Below are positions 1 through 12,400 of a stretch of 64,000 bases of DNA, one piece after another (position 1 is the stretch's first letter; every line of letters begins with the position of its first letter). The position numbers and the translations under genes were made by a program. Origin of the DNA: Callorhinchus milii (Eukaryota); NCBI RefSeq assembly GCF_018977255.1, contig NW_024704743.1, positions 77,812,001-77,876,000 on the forward strand, read 5' to 3'. The notes under the pieces were generated by a model. The model was given only the letters and a program-made list of their open reading frames with translations. It ran no database searches and was not told the DNA's origin.

Positions 1-2314
1 GCTTCACAGAATTTACTGTAAATAGTAGTGACTGTGTATTTGTGGAGAATGTGTATATCCCGTGGAGCGCTTTGAGACATTTCGATGATGTGATAAGGCT
101 TATTATTATTGTTATTATTAACAATTCGGATAACATGGCAGCCAATTTACACACAAACAGCCATAAAGTAAATGTCCAATTTGTGAAAGAGTGAACATCA
201 CTCAATTCAATGGGTTGTAAATCAGAACCGATCCCACAGGATAATCAAATTAGTTGTTATTTTAAATGCAGATTATCAGACAATAGGTTCACATTTTTAT
301 GGATTCTTATATTTTAATCATGTCTTAACTCTCTTTATGCATTTATGTAACCTGAATTACTCACTAGATGGGGGACAGATGGCAGCTGGGGGGCAAGTGT
401 AGGGAGTGTGAGGGGAGGCTACTGTGCTGTTCATATTGTGTGTGTTGAAGAACCAGCTTGGCTCACGAAAATCGTGAGATGCAATAACTATGTACCATGT
501 CTCAAAAGCTCATTGCATCTTGAAAATAATATCTTGTCACTTATGCATATAATTTTTTTGCCTAGAAATGAACAATCACTATGACTTCCAATAAAGCCTG
601 TGAAAGGCTTTGAGACATTTCTACAACATGATTAGGCATTATATCAAATGCTGTTATTATTATTAATAACAGTAATAATTAATAATTATTATTAATAATA
701 ATAAATAACTTGATGTCATAGGCCATGAGCAGGATTGAAAATCTATATTGGGATATTTAACTCAGGGGACTTCCCCAAGGTAACACTAATCCCAGTTACG
801 ATGGGCAGGGATTCAAACAGCTCGCTGGGGTGTTAGCATATATGATCGGCAATGAGCAAGGAAGAAGCCCAGCAGTGAAAGAGTTAATGCCATTTTGAAA
901 TCTCTGAAATCTTGTCACATGGCATTTAACACATTTTCCTCTCTAATCTGTTTCACTGACTAGTGGCCACAGCCCAATAATGTCAGTAACTTTTGCCTTC
1001 CTTTCAGCTACACTGTCTTAGCCAACAAAAGCCACAAGGGACCAGCTCAGTGCAAGGAAACTTCTTTCACTTAATCAATGACCTTGTTGCCATAGCAGTG
1101 TAACATAAGGTGCCACAGATGATGACTTGATTTCTTTTCCCATCTGAAGTGGAAAGGAGAAGACAGACTAAATGAAATCCCATCCATCTTAATGAAATAC
1201 AATTATTTTGTCCTTATTAATCATTTAAAAATCAATATGTCTCTTTGTGGTGAGCCCGCACTAGAATTCGTCATTTTGCACTAGGTCTCAATACATCTTG
1301 TCTTGCGGAGATTTCCCAAGTTTAGTCACCTGCATCCCTCTTCCAATAGCTGCAGTTGCAGCATGGATCATGATCTTGAGAGTGAGTTACTGGCAAGGAA
1401 TTCAAGCTGGAGAGGTAGCAAGCCCTGACTCTCAGAGCCAGTTCTTAAAAGTAGCATCTGGCTGTTGTTAATGGGAAATTATTGATTAACTTAATAACCC
1501 AATAAACTACTAAAATTCTGGGTGCCTCAGTTCCTCAGTTGACAAAGCCTCCTCATTGCAAAGCTTCTACACTATTATTTCACCAAGCTTTGATTTATAA
1601 AATATATTTGCAAATACCTTTAAAGATTTTTTTTCAAACAGACCATGTTATGAGAGGGATGGGTAGATGTGTGTGTGTGTGTGTGGATGGGGGGGGAGGA
1701 AGAGTTGTAATCCTAAAAGCGGCACAATGACAATTTCGATGACTGACTGATCAGTTTCATAAGCTGAGAACCCAAGCACCGAGTCAGTCTGCTCAGGATG
1801 ATTTACATCGGCAGTCATCAGTAAATAAATTACTGTAATAACGTCTCGGAGAAAGGATCAGGATGAAATATTTATGGAAATTCAAGTGAGGACACTTTAA
1901 AATGGGGTTGGACAATAATGTCGTAGACCCATATAGCACACGAGTCAGACCCAGTTTAAACGGACTCTATCTCTTGCAAAATACAAACAACCACAGGTTC
2001 ATATCGGGAGGATTCACTGGGTTGCTTAATAACTTTTATTACTCTTTTTTAATTGTTAATTTTTCATTGCTCAGATTTGGCCAAATGGGCTGTAGAATTT
2101 TATTTCCAGCTCATTCACAGTGGCTATGCTTCATTCAGAGGTGTGTTTGTTGTGGAGTTTTTCAAGATTCAGCTTTGCTCCATATCAAATCAACTCTTTC
2201 ATGTTAAAAAAAAGTAACCACACAGTTTCTCAACTTCAAAGCTATGATTCAAAGTTATTATTCTGATGATGATTGGCTTTAACATATTCAGATGAAAAAG
2301 CAATTTTTTTCACA

Positions 2315-2530
2315 CATAGAACGATACAGCCTAGAAACAAGCTATTCATCCCAACCAGTCCATTGCCAGTGTTTATACTCCATAAGGGCAGCCTCATAAT
2401 CACCTCATCCTCCTTTCCCCTTTCCTCACGTATGCACTGAGTCTCCTCTTAAATAGGTTGATGCTTTTTGCTGACAGTAAGTTCCACATTCTTACCATCT
2501 TCTGGGTGAAGACGTTCCTGCTAAACTCCC
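2315..2530 (-). mobile_element. CR1-clade LINE 3' end, degenerate
   Basis: The segments 'gttccacattcttaccatcttctgggtgaagacgttcctgctaaa' and 'gatacagcctagaaacaagctattcatccc' are the reverse complement of typical CR1 ORF2 C-terminal (FFTQRVV-like) and 3' tail sequence. Confidence 0.55.
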
Positions 2531-2559
2531 TTTTAGGAACTCATTGCAGCATTTTATTA

Positions 2560-2915
2560 TTAATAATAATAATCCTTGCATTTGGTATAGCGCTTTATCA
2601 AGTCATTGAAGCATCTCAAAGTGCTTCATAGGATATATTGATTTTTTTGGGTGGATTGTTGGTCAGGACAGAGGGAGACACTCCCTTCTCTTTTCAAATA
2701 GTGCCATGGTTTCCTTCACGTCCACTTGAACAGGCAGACAGGACTTCAGTTTAATGTCTCACTCAAAAAAGGATGGCACCTCTGACAATGAACCACATCC
2801 CCAGTACTGCATTGGAGTGTCAGCTTAGACTACTTGATTCCAAGTCCCGTATTGGGACTTAAACCCACAACCTTCTGACTCAGAGGCGAGAGTGCTACTA
2901 ATGCACCAGACTGAC
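2560..2915 (-). mobile_element. SacSINE1-like (Deu-domain) tRNA-derived SINE, internally deleted
   Basis: Reverse complement of a tRNA head ('ctctcgcctctgagtcagaaggttgtgggtttaagtccc'), body ('ccatggcactatttgaaaagagaaggg') and (TTA)n tail. Homologous to copies at 5179 and 35074. Confidence 0.75.
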
Positions 2916-3329
2916 CACAAGGAATTGTATTCACACAAGGATCAAAACCAACTGAATAAAAACAATATACAGAAACCCATAGTTGCTTTCCTTCTATCCT
3001 GTGTGTCGTATATCCCCTCACACACCCTGGTCCGAGCCCAGGTCTTTCTTAAACAAGCTGCTGCCTACAAATGCTCAGTTAGCCCAAGCAATGAGGTGTT
3101 AGATAGGTTTTAAAGTGGACTTGATTTGCTTTCCCCAAATGAGGTCCAGCACTACTCTACCCTACAGAACTCCCCCACCCCACAAAGAATTAATAAAACT
3201 AGGATATGATGATTATCATTATTAAAATGATCAAATATATGAAGAGTGTGTTATATCAATGTATGTCATGGTCAGCCTCTGATGTGTGGGTTCGAGTCAC
3301 TTTTGTCAGTATACAACAATAATATTACC

Positions 3330-4085
3330 ACTAGCATTTCCTTGCAGCGCCTTATTATGTTGTCGAGATGTCCCACAGCGCTTGACAGAATTTTTCTAAG
3401 TGTAGTGACACGTTTTTTTAGAAAATGCAACATCTGTCCCACTACCACTTGTGAAGTGAATGATAACATTTTGACCTGGACACCAGAAGAACCTCCCTTC
3501 TCTTTTCAAACAGTGCCATGGGATCTTTAACATCTACCTGAACAGGCAGATAGGACCTTAATTTAATGTCTCAACTGAAAGATGGAGGGATTATTATTAG
3601 GCGTGTGGAGTAAGGAAACTTGCCCAAGGTTTCGCCCTGCCTGGAATTGAACTCAGGTATCTCGCTTGCAAAGCGAGTGCTCTAATCACTGAGCTACAGG
3701 ACTCCACGAGTCCACAATTATTATAATAATCCCTCCAAAACCAAAAACAATAATAAATTGGTCATTTTCAATCTACGACTGTTTGTGGGACATTGCTGTG
3801 CGCAATTGGCTGCCACGTTCGCCCACAAATATACAGTCAATTCACTTTACAGTGTGTTCTGTGAAGCGCGTTGGGACGTCCTCCCGACGTGAAAAGCGTT
3901 ATATCAAATGCAAGGATTATTATTATTATTGTTACTATTATTAAAGATGGCACTTCTGACAATGCAGAGCTTCTCCTGCACTGGAGTGTCAGCCTTCAGC
4001 CTGCACTATGAGTACAAAATCCTGAAAATCTTGAACCCACAATCTTCCGACTCACAAGCGAGAGTGCTACCAGCTGAGCAAAACT
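3330..4085 (-). mobile_element. SacSINE1-like SINE interrupted by a younger SINE (3586-3942)
   Basis: Body segments 3480-3585 and 3943-4085 become contiguous once the insert and one copy of the AAAGATGG duplication are removed. Confidence 0.7.
3586..3942 (+). mobile_element. SINE2-1_CM-like SINE with inverted 5' head
   Basis: 3586-3705 is the reverse complement of the tRNA head. 3723-3942 is the sense body plus L2-like tail and (TTA)n. Flanked by AAAGATGG at 3578-3585 and 3943-3950. Confidence 0.9.
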
Positions 4086-5178
4086 GCACTCCACAGATGT
4101 GTATCAGCAATGTTTCATACAGTCAATTCACTTTACAGTATATTCTGTGAAACGCTTTGAGATGTCTAGAAGATGTGATAAGGCACTAAACCAAATGCAA
4201 GGATTATTATTATTATTATTACATTCATGCAATTTTGCCTACAAAATATACAGTGATTGAATATTAAATTCTGTGAAGCACTTTGAGAAGCGCTCTGAGA
4301 CGCCGTCTGGCGTGGAGGGCGCTATATAAATCCAAGTTGTTGTTGTTGTTGTTGTCATCCAGCTGTGAAAGGGGCTATCTCAGATGTAAGGATTATTTAT
4401 TAAGGTTATTGTTATTTATGTAAATAATTATTGAAATACAATTTAATGTTTTAATTATCTCCCCCTTCCACTTTAATAGGTAGCTGGACAAAAATAGCGT
4501 CACTAGAAACCCAGATCTTCAGAATGCAGAAGTATCAATCTAAGAGTGTTGAAACTGTTGAAGCTTATTTGTTTCACAGGCTTTGGCGTCTGTATCCCAG
4601 AATGAAGGATTATTTGCCTTCTTTTCCCTATTTCAAACTAGTCCTGTTCAACTTTGCATAGATAAATGTTTGCTATCCCTGGCACTGAATGCACAAGTCC
4701 TAAAAAGTTTGAAGTTTTCACAGGCACATGTCACTAAGCAATATTTTGTCTTCTGTTTGCCCCCAACAAGGTGTGTTAACAGTACTAATGTGAACTGCTA
4801 CAGGGAGTGTCATCTTAACAAATGAGTGCAGTACTCATGCAAGGATGCTCAGGATGAAGTTGACATTTGAATTGGAAGGTGAGGTCCCTGGTTTATCAGA
4901 GCTGAATCAAATTGTGCAGCTTTCGTTTCCACTTTCTGGAGCTGGAATGTAAGGGCAGCTGAGTTAACAAGGTCCAGATTAACAAATCAGTCACTTCTCC
5001 AACTGTCACTTTTTAACAGACTCAGCATTGCAGCTGTCATTTTTTTTAATAAGTTGAATTTTGTGCTCATCAAGCTGAAGGATGTTAAGTACTGGGAAAT
5101 AAGACACTTTCTCATTCTGGACACCCAGTGTCAACAACAAGCACAGCTGAATGCAGGATAAATCTCCCTCTTCTCTGT

Positions 5179-5650
5179 GTCAGCTTGGTTCAATCAGTAG
5201 TACTCTTGCCTCTGAGTCAGAAGGTGGTCGGTTCAAACCGCATGAAGGAAATCTGAATCGTATACTCCAGGCTAACACTCCAGTATAGAGCGTGTTAGCC
5301 TAGACTGTACGAGTTCAAAATTTGTATGGTCTAGGCTAATGCTGGGGTGTGCTGAATTGTTAGAGATGCCGTGCTTCAGAGGAGACGTTAAACCAAGGTC
5401 CCGTCTGCCTGTTCAGGAGGGCGTTAAAGATCCCATGGCATGATTCGAATAAAGAAGGGAATTTGTCCAGTATCTTAGCCAACAATCCCTAGATAAAATT
5501 GATCATTTTCTTCATGGCTGATTGTGGGGCATTGCTGTGTGCAAATTGGCTATCACTTTTGCCTGTCACTACACAATACAATAATTCTTGTGATGCTTTT
5601 TGGCTAGTTTTCCTAAAATGAAAGGTACTATTATCAAATTATTATTGTTC
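5179..5650 (+). mobile_element. SacSINE1-like (Deu-domain) SINE with internal inverted duplication
   Basis: tRNA head 'tactcttgcctctgagtcagaaggtggtcggttcaaacc', body 'gagacgttaaaccaaggtcccgtctgcctgttcagg...gatcccatggca', Deu-like core 'ttgtggggcattgctgtgtgcaaattggct'. Confidence 0.8.
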
Positions 5651-6779
5651 TTCTTGCTCTGCTATTCAGATGCTCCAAAATACTATGAAAAAGGATAAAT
5701 CTAGACTCAAGTGGAATTTCTCCCCCTTAGTGTCAAACTTTTGGCTGTTCTGAGTTGTAAACCCCACTCAACAATAACTGGGTTGAAGCTCCCCAAACTC
5801 ATGTTAGAACCTTATAACTTACAGACAGGGGAGATTTGAATCCCATCAATCAGAACAGCGTTCAAACCCAGATCTCTAAAGTTAATCCATTATTCCTTCT
5901 CGGGCTTGATTCCCATATAAAAATCTTACCCTTAAAACCATGCTGAAATGCAATCTCAATCAGGTGGCTGTTTTTCTGCCATTTATAAAAAGGAAAACAA
6001 CCTTCCAAATTAAGACTCAATTTATGAAATGACCAGTATTCTGCACAAACTTAAATCTTAAGACAATGGTCTTAAGGCTAAAATTATGAGAAGTGGTAGG
6101 CCTCAGGTTCCCCCAAAGTTATTTTTATATACCAAACCTTTCACAGCAACAGTAAACTAAGGCAGAGGGACTGTCGGATTCTCTTTAAATGTTACGTTCC
6201 TTGGTGATGTCACTTTATAAAAGGAGAATATTATTTTATGATGACATGGCTAAGTAACTCACCATCCAACAGATAATCAAATTCAGTAAATTTACTGGAC
6301 ATTATATCAGTTCATAAATAATGCCTAAAAGCTCAGAATCGGTTTATTAAAGTAGAATAAATTAGACTTCTATCATTTAATTTTGCTTACAATACACAGT
6401 CACACAGTCAAATATATACTTTGCAGTACATCTTGGAAATCACTTTGAGACATTCTCCTGATCTGAAAGGCACAACTTCAAATAAATAAATAAGTATTAT
6501 TTATTCATGTGATTCCTTACTTGTGCTTCCAATAGAAAACTTTCAAATAAAGAAAAGTAGACAGAGCAGTGATCTGTGGATTTGAATTGCAGGAATATTT
6601 TTCATTGAAGGAGATGGCATGCGCCATAAATGATGTCTTGTTGCTAGGCAATAACATCCTCAAATTAGTCACATCCTAAACTATGTTATAGAGTGGAGAG
6701 ACTTCAGTGCTGATCCTCACGTGGCTCAGATGAGGATATGACGTTCGAACAGCTCACAAAGATCAATATAAAATTGGCA

Positions 6780-7260
6780 CAAACTTTTCATCCAGGGTGC
6801 AAGAGACTCAGAAATACATCAAGCCATCAGGCAGCACAGAATATTGAATCCACAGCATAATCTCCCTTGTGCTTTTAAACAATTTAGACCATTGTGGGCA
6901 TGGGTGAGATTTCCAATGATGGAGAGCATTCCAAAGAAGCCTCTCTGTCAAACAGAGATGAGATAATTAGATCCAGGTAATACACTGAAGCCCTGTTTGA
7001 GAGCCTGAGCACAAACATGTCATCTTTATTTTACCGACTCGATCTCAGGCAGCCGTGGAAAGCTGCCAGTGTAATTTGTGAAGGATTCATCAGGTCCAGG
7101 GAACAGCAGTGGAGCAATAAACCCATCATCACCGTATCAACCTCATCACCATGAGACTTGGCATCAGGTGCTCCAACGATTGCAAAATCAACAGGAACAT
7201 TCCATAGTGAAAGGCAATCTCGATATGGACAGGAGGGTGTGACCCCAGACATGACGGATG
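6780..7260 (+). mobile_element. Highly decayed RTE-like LINE 3' region
   Basis: Conceptual translation gives RPLWAWVRFPMMESIPKKPL, resembling the RTE ORF2 C-terminal LRWxGHVxRMxxxRIPKxLL motif, with a Cys-rich remnant (RCSNDCK) downstream. Many stops. Confidence 0.35.
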
Positions 7261-7544
7261 AGCACACACTTCTAATTTTTAATCAATCAAGACACTCTCT
7301 GAAGAAAATGTCGCAATATAATTTTGCTTAATGGAAAAACAGCATTACTTTTTGACTGCTAGACAGTTTTCATTTAAGCCTTATAGGAATCCTTACAAAA
7401 AACATATTTTTCTATATCATTACACTATGTGGAGCTGCACACTGTATATTAGATGTAGAAACATATGATGGGGAGCAGTGTTTTTTTAAATATTAAATAT
7501 CTGCATTTCTCTGAATAACTCTTGGAGGAATGCCATTGCCAGCT

Positions 7545-7740
7545 GTGAATCCGAGCCATTACAGACCCAGAGGGTCACGGCTTCGATCCCTCATCAGTGC
7601 TGAGTTAGCTGATCTCAACCAGGAGGGTATTATGAGCAGCTACAAGTGGCCTCATTGTCTTGAACAAGAGAAGAGAAAACTAAGCATGTTGTCCAAGTGA
7701 CTCCTATTGAAAAATATGTGTGTATTTTTGGATATTAGAG
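7545..7740 (+). mobile_element. Old tRNA-derived SINE of a different family
   Basis: B-box-like 'ggcttcgatccc' followed by 'gtgctgagttagctgatctca', resembling a shark SINE I recall; not verified. Confidence 0.45.
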
Positions 7741-8859
7741 ACCTGAAATGCCACATCATTTTAGTCTGTGAAAACATTTTGTCCTAAAATTTAATAATAT
7801 GCAAAATTATGGAAAATTCTTAAATTCAAGCTGACTTTGGAGGTCAGTTTTTGACAGCTTTTTAAAAAGGAGATTCCAAGTTAAGGCTGAATTTTAGAAT
7901 TTCTACCCCAATTCTCCACGATCTTTATGTTTAAGACAAATGTTTGTGCAGACTAAGACCAAGTGAAATTTTGAAACTGGGATAAGGACGGTATCAGATT
8001 TAATGTTAGGTTCATGGATAGTGTGAGCCTCCTGCTGTTACAATTCCACCTGATATCACACGTATCTCTTCCCAGCTACTATTTGATAGGTGATTGGAGT
8101 TTTCAGCCGCCTCATCACCTGCCAAAAAATAAATGAAGCCAGTGTCTGACAAGCAGGTAATCACTGCTTTGGTTGAGAATAACTATAGTGTCAGTCACCA
8201 ATACTACATATCAGTCATAGTTAATTTTCAGTGGATCCAATAACAATAATAATTCTTGCATTTCATATAGATATCATTGAGATATCTCAAAGCACTTCTC
8301 AGAATATATTATAAAGTGGTTGACTGTGTATTTGTGGGCGATCTGGGTGAAAGCTGATGTTAGGGGTCAGAGCAATGTTCGGTTCCAAACCTTTCATTAG
8401 GACAAGTTTTAAGGGCATGTTTTAAAAACATTTAGTGTCCTAGTAATTATTATTACCAGTGATAATTATCACATCACACACGTTTCTTTTTCTTTTTCAC
8501 TCTTTCTCCCCACCCATTCCAATAATGATTTCCCTTAATAGTCTAAATGTGTGATACAAGTTATGAACAGAGAGTGATTGATACAATTGAAAGACCCACA
8601 TGGTAAATTGGTGATCATATCTGCCTCTCCAATCATTGAATACAGCAACACTCCCAGTGCTCGCAATGGCAAGCTATGCACTTTTAGTTGGTTAAACTCC
8701 AGCAATATCCAAGCTTTGGCTTTTGCCAACCTGTACATTTGCCCACAAAAACAGATAGTTGCTCCACTTTACAGTGAATTCTGTGAAGTGCCTTGAAATA
8801 TCCTTCTAACGTAATTATTAATAATGCTCTCTCGAATTAGGTAAGCAGGATGTGTCTTT

Positions 8860-9300
8860 CCAGGGAGAGAATGTGCATTCCATTCCAGACACAGGGTAAA
8901 TTTCCATGTGTAGGTGGCATACACATGTGTAACAATCACTCCAGTTGGGATGCTGATCGGTTTCCACATACTCCAGACACTCAGCTGATGAGAAAAAAAG
9001 TACTTCTAGATCTGTCATGCTTTACTCATTAACAGAAACACTCACTCATCATTTTGGTATATAATATAACCTTCACTGTTTCTCTTAAAAATAAACAGCT
9101 TCATTTGTTTGAATGGATTCATAGCCCTCTCACTCATTGGGATCATCATTCATATTTCTTGGCATTCTCCATGATATGTTTCCTGTGAACGGCTTTCTCT
9201 ATGAATGAATTGTAATTCAATTTTCCTTGCTGAGAATGGCAACTTGTCCCTTGTGGAATGTTGAAAGTGTTTAACTTAGTGGATCTTTTTCATCAATTTT
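8860..9300 (+). mobile_element. Highly decayed RTE-like LINE ORF2 remnant
   Basis: Translation KFPCVGG...LIILVYNITFTVSL...FLAFSMICFL follows the order of RTE motifs FPYLGS...TKLxVYxA...LExFHxxCLR. Confidence 0.3.
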
Positions 9301-9609
9301 GGCTCTTTGCTGTTTCAGCCGGAATGAGCTGGGGAGAATTTGCAGAAAAGAAACTAATTATAGACGGCTTATTCTCATTTGTTCATTGTGCACATTAGAG
9401 GTAATTTTACTGCTCACTTATAGTGAAGACTCACTGGCACACACAGAGGTCTCATTTGTGAGGTAATAATTCTTGCATTTGATATCCCGCCTTATCACAT
9501 TGACCTATCTCAACATGCTTCACAGTTTCCTGTTTTTTCCTGCATTGATTTTTCCACTGCCCTACTCGCTGGTAACTCCACCACTCATAAAAATTAATTG
9601 AAGACTTTG

Positions 9610-10000
9610 CCCGCCGAAATCCTCACCCATACTAAACTCCACCCCCCATCACCCCATCCTTACCTTGCTCTCCCTGTTCTCTATTGCAGAACAGATTGAT
9701 TTCAAGATTCTCAAAGTCAAGTACCAATCACTTCATGCTTAGCACCTCCTTATCTCTCCAACCTGCTCACACCCATTTCTCTGCCCACTGCCTTCACTCA
9801 GCTGTCTCTGGCCTTCTGCACATCCCTCATCCTCTCTGCTCCACCACCAGTGGCCATTCTTTCAGCCATCATGCCAAAACTCTGGAACTCTCTGCCTCAG
9901 TGCTTCTACATTGCTCCCTCTTTTCCCATCCAGATCACTCCTGAAGACCTTCTTCTTCAACTGTGCTTAGTCACCTCCCAGCACTCCCTGGCTCCTTATT
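9610..10000 (+). mobile_element. Old L2 LINE 3' fragment
   Basis: 'cagattgatttcaagattctc' (QRIDFKIL) and 'gccattctttcagccatcatgcc...ctctggaactctctgcc' (GRAFS..APxLWNSLP motif). Confidence 0.7.
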
Positions 10001-11569
10001 CCTGAAAAGTACATCAATGGTAATAGATTTACATGTTGTAATTTAACACTCAAAATAATGTAATACTGTTCAGCATCTTGATTGGCGTTTCTTCCTGCTG
10101 GATATCTCTAAGCTATAATAGAATGAACTACAGTAACATTAATGTCACAGAACATCAATGAAAATGTTTTGATAATGGACAATCCTAATCACATGAACTC
10201 ATCCCAGGCAACATCAACATCAGGCATAGGGGCCACATGTCCTTAATGGTCACTGAACTCCTAATCCTATTATACAACTATCAATGACAGAAGAATCGTT
10301 CAGGGTCACTTATTACAATATGCTTTGGGAAATATAGAGGATACCTAATGGGACTGGGAGGTAGGGGGGTTAATATGCTGCTTACTGGTCGAGTGAGCCA
10401 AGTCTTATAACTCATAAGTATGGTTTTGAGTGACATGCTTTGTGAGTTTAACAAAGAGTGTGCTATCTTCTGTTCCCATTGATTGACTGTCTGGCCGGTG
10501 CTTTTAATTTCCTTTGCAAACTGTTGTTCTAGACACAAGTGCAAATTTAACACGGTTACCTGATGTCTCACATATAACATAAATATGTCTCATAAGTAAC
10601 ATATATGGCCTGCAAATGAAACATTAAACTGAGGTTACGTCTGCTTATTCAGGTAGATCCCATGGTATTATTCAAAATCAGAAGGGAGTCTCTTTTGTTG
10701 AAGAAGGGAGTTTTGGCCAACATTTTTGTGTAAATTGTCTGGTGTATTTGCGTACACATACACAGTCACTACATTAAACTATACCTCTGTAAGTGCTTTG
10801 AGATGTTCTGAATATGACATGAGAAGCGCTATATCAAATGGAAAGATAATTATTAGTGATCAGCAAAAGTTAGCCCCATGTGTCAAACACACAATATAAA
10901 TTATCATATTATCAGTCCATCTGCTAAATTTCATAACACACTGAAGTCTGACATAACAATATTAGAGACATGACAAAAAAAGGCATAACTTAGTTCCACT
11001 ATAAAATAACATCAGTACTAATGGTTTTTCAGTTCTTTAAGCATCCGAACTAGTGGCTCCAATTTACAGCAGTAAAATGCAGCAAAGTACAAAATGAAGA
11101 TAGAGTATTTCAACCAATGTGCATTATGTACTATATTCATGGTCCCGGGCTAGTCCCAGCTTGTGCAAAAACTTCTGAAAAGAGAAAAACAAATGGCAAA
11201 AACTCCAGCTTCTCAATCGGGCATCACAATAAACATTACTAACTCTGAACAACTATGTTCCGCAGGCAATGTTCCCAATTCCCAAAAGATCTGGGTTGCA
11301 CATTTCCGTAAGTTGGCTACTTTCCTGATTGGCAGAATTTCATTCTTTAAAGTCAGAATGTTCCAAGAAGTATGATCATTCATATCTACATATATGTAAT
11401 AGGAGGATGAAAACAAACAGATTTTTTTTTACCTTGTATTTGCATGCTACCTTTGCATGGCGCTTTGTTTGGAATGAATTGTGTATTCTCTCCCTGGAGG
11501 AATGCTCCTTACTTCTCTTATTCTCAGAAGTATTAGGCGCAGGTTGGCAAAAGTCTGGGAACCCCAAAG

Positions 11570-11930
11570 TGTGCATTGGGATACTGCTGGAATTTAACTA
11601 GCTGAAACTGCAGAGCTTGCCATTGAGACCACCTTGCCCAGCTTGGATTGCCCTACCTAGGACTTGCAGGGTTAACAGGAGCTGAGTGGGAAAAGTCCCT
11701 GACCTGGTAAGTGTTCCGACATTAAGTTGTATCAATGAGCTAGGCTGGCTGGTCTGTCATCAGCAATGCTCTGGAGTATTGTGGACCCATCTGGCTCAAG
11801 AACTTGACTTCCAAGACCGCTGCAAAGGGTTGGTTTGGTTCTAATATTCCATTGCGAAGCATATCACCTTGGATTGGAGTCAGATTAGCTTCAAGGAGAC
11901 GTGGTTTACCACCATCAAGATAATAGTCAC
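11570..11930 (+). mobile_element. Decayed I-group (Ingi/Vingi-like) LINE ORF2 remnant
   Basis: Encodes GLTGAEW...SVISNALEYCGPIWL, and the DNA aligns with the minus-strand relic at 38000-38480. Confidence 0.55.
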
Positions 11931-12400
11931 TAGATACAAAATCCACAGGGTTTCAATGGAAATAATAGGGTCCAAAATGAAAGTTGGGTTTATAGCCCTA
12001 TTCAAACATATACACATATAATGTGCATTCCTCGATACATTATATGAAAACAACAGCTACCCAGGAGCAATATCCAGACAGTGATCTCTTAAAGAGCTTC
12101 AGATGCCTCTTAAACCAACAAAGCTTGAACAACTAATTAGATTATAGTCATGAAATCACTCCAAGCTGTATTTTTAAAAAATTATATATGCTTTGAAATT
12201 AATTGAGGAATTTTTCAATAGTAGGTCTTATTTTGTTTGACAGTTGTGGTCACAGGCAGAGTTCTATTAGTCATTGGTGCATGATGATATAATGTTCAGA
12301 ATCCAATGATTATAGCTCTATCACTGAAGATCTATTGAGAGACAGCTTGCAGTTGGTCAGTGGTACATTCTGTGGCCAGTACATTATACTGTATAATATA

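Noticed and set aside
4944..4965. TGGAATGTAAGG, matching the 5' part of miR-206
   Set aside because: The match ends after 12 nt and I see no precursor hairpin.
10281..10580. Possible Penelope GIY-YIG remnant (STGQTVNQ...)
   Set aside because: Similarity is too weak; no recognisable GIY/YIG residues.
11740..11946. Protein-looking minus-strand ORF MDFVSSDYYLDGGKPRLL...
   Set aside because: It is the antisense frame of the + strand LINE motif LEYCGPIW.
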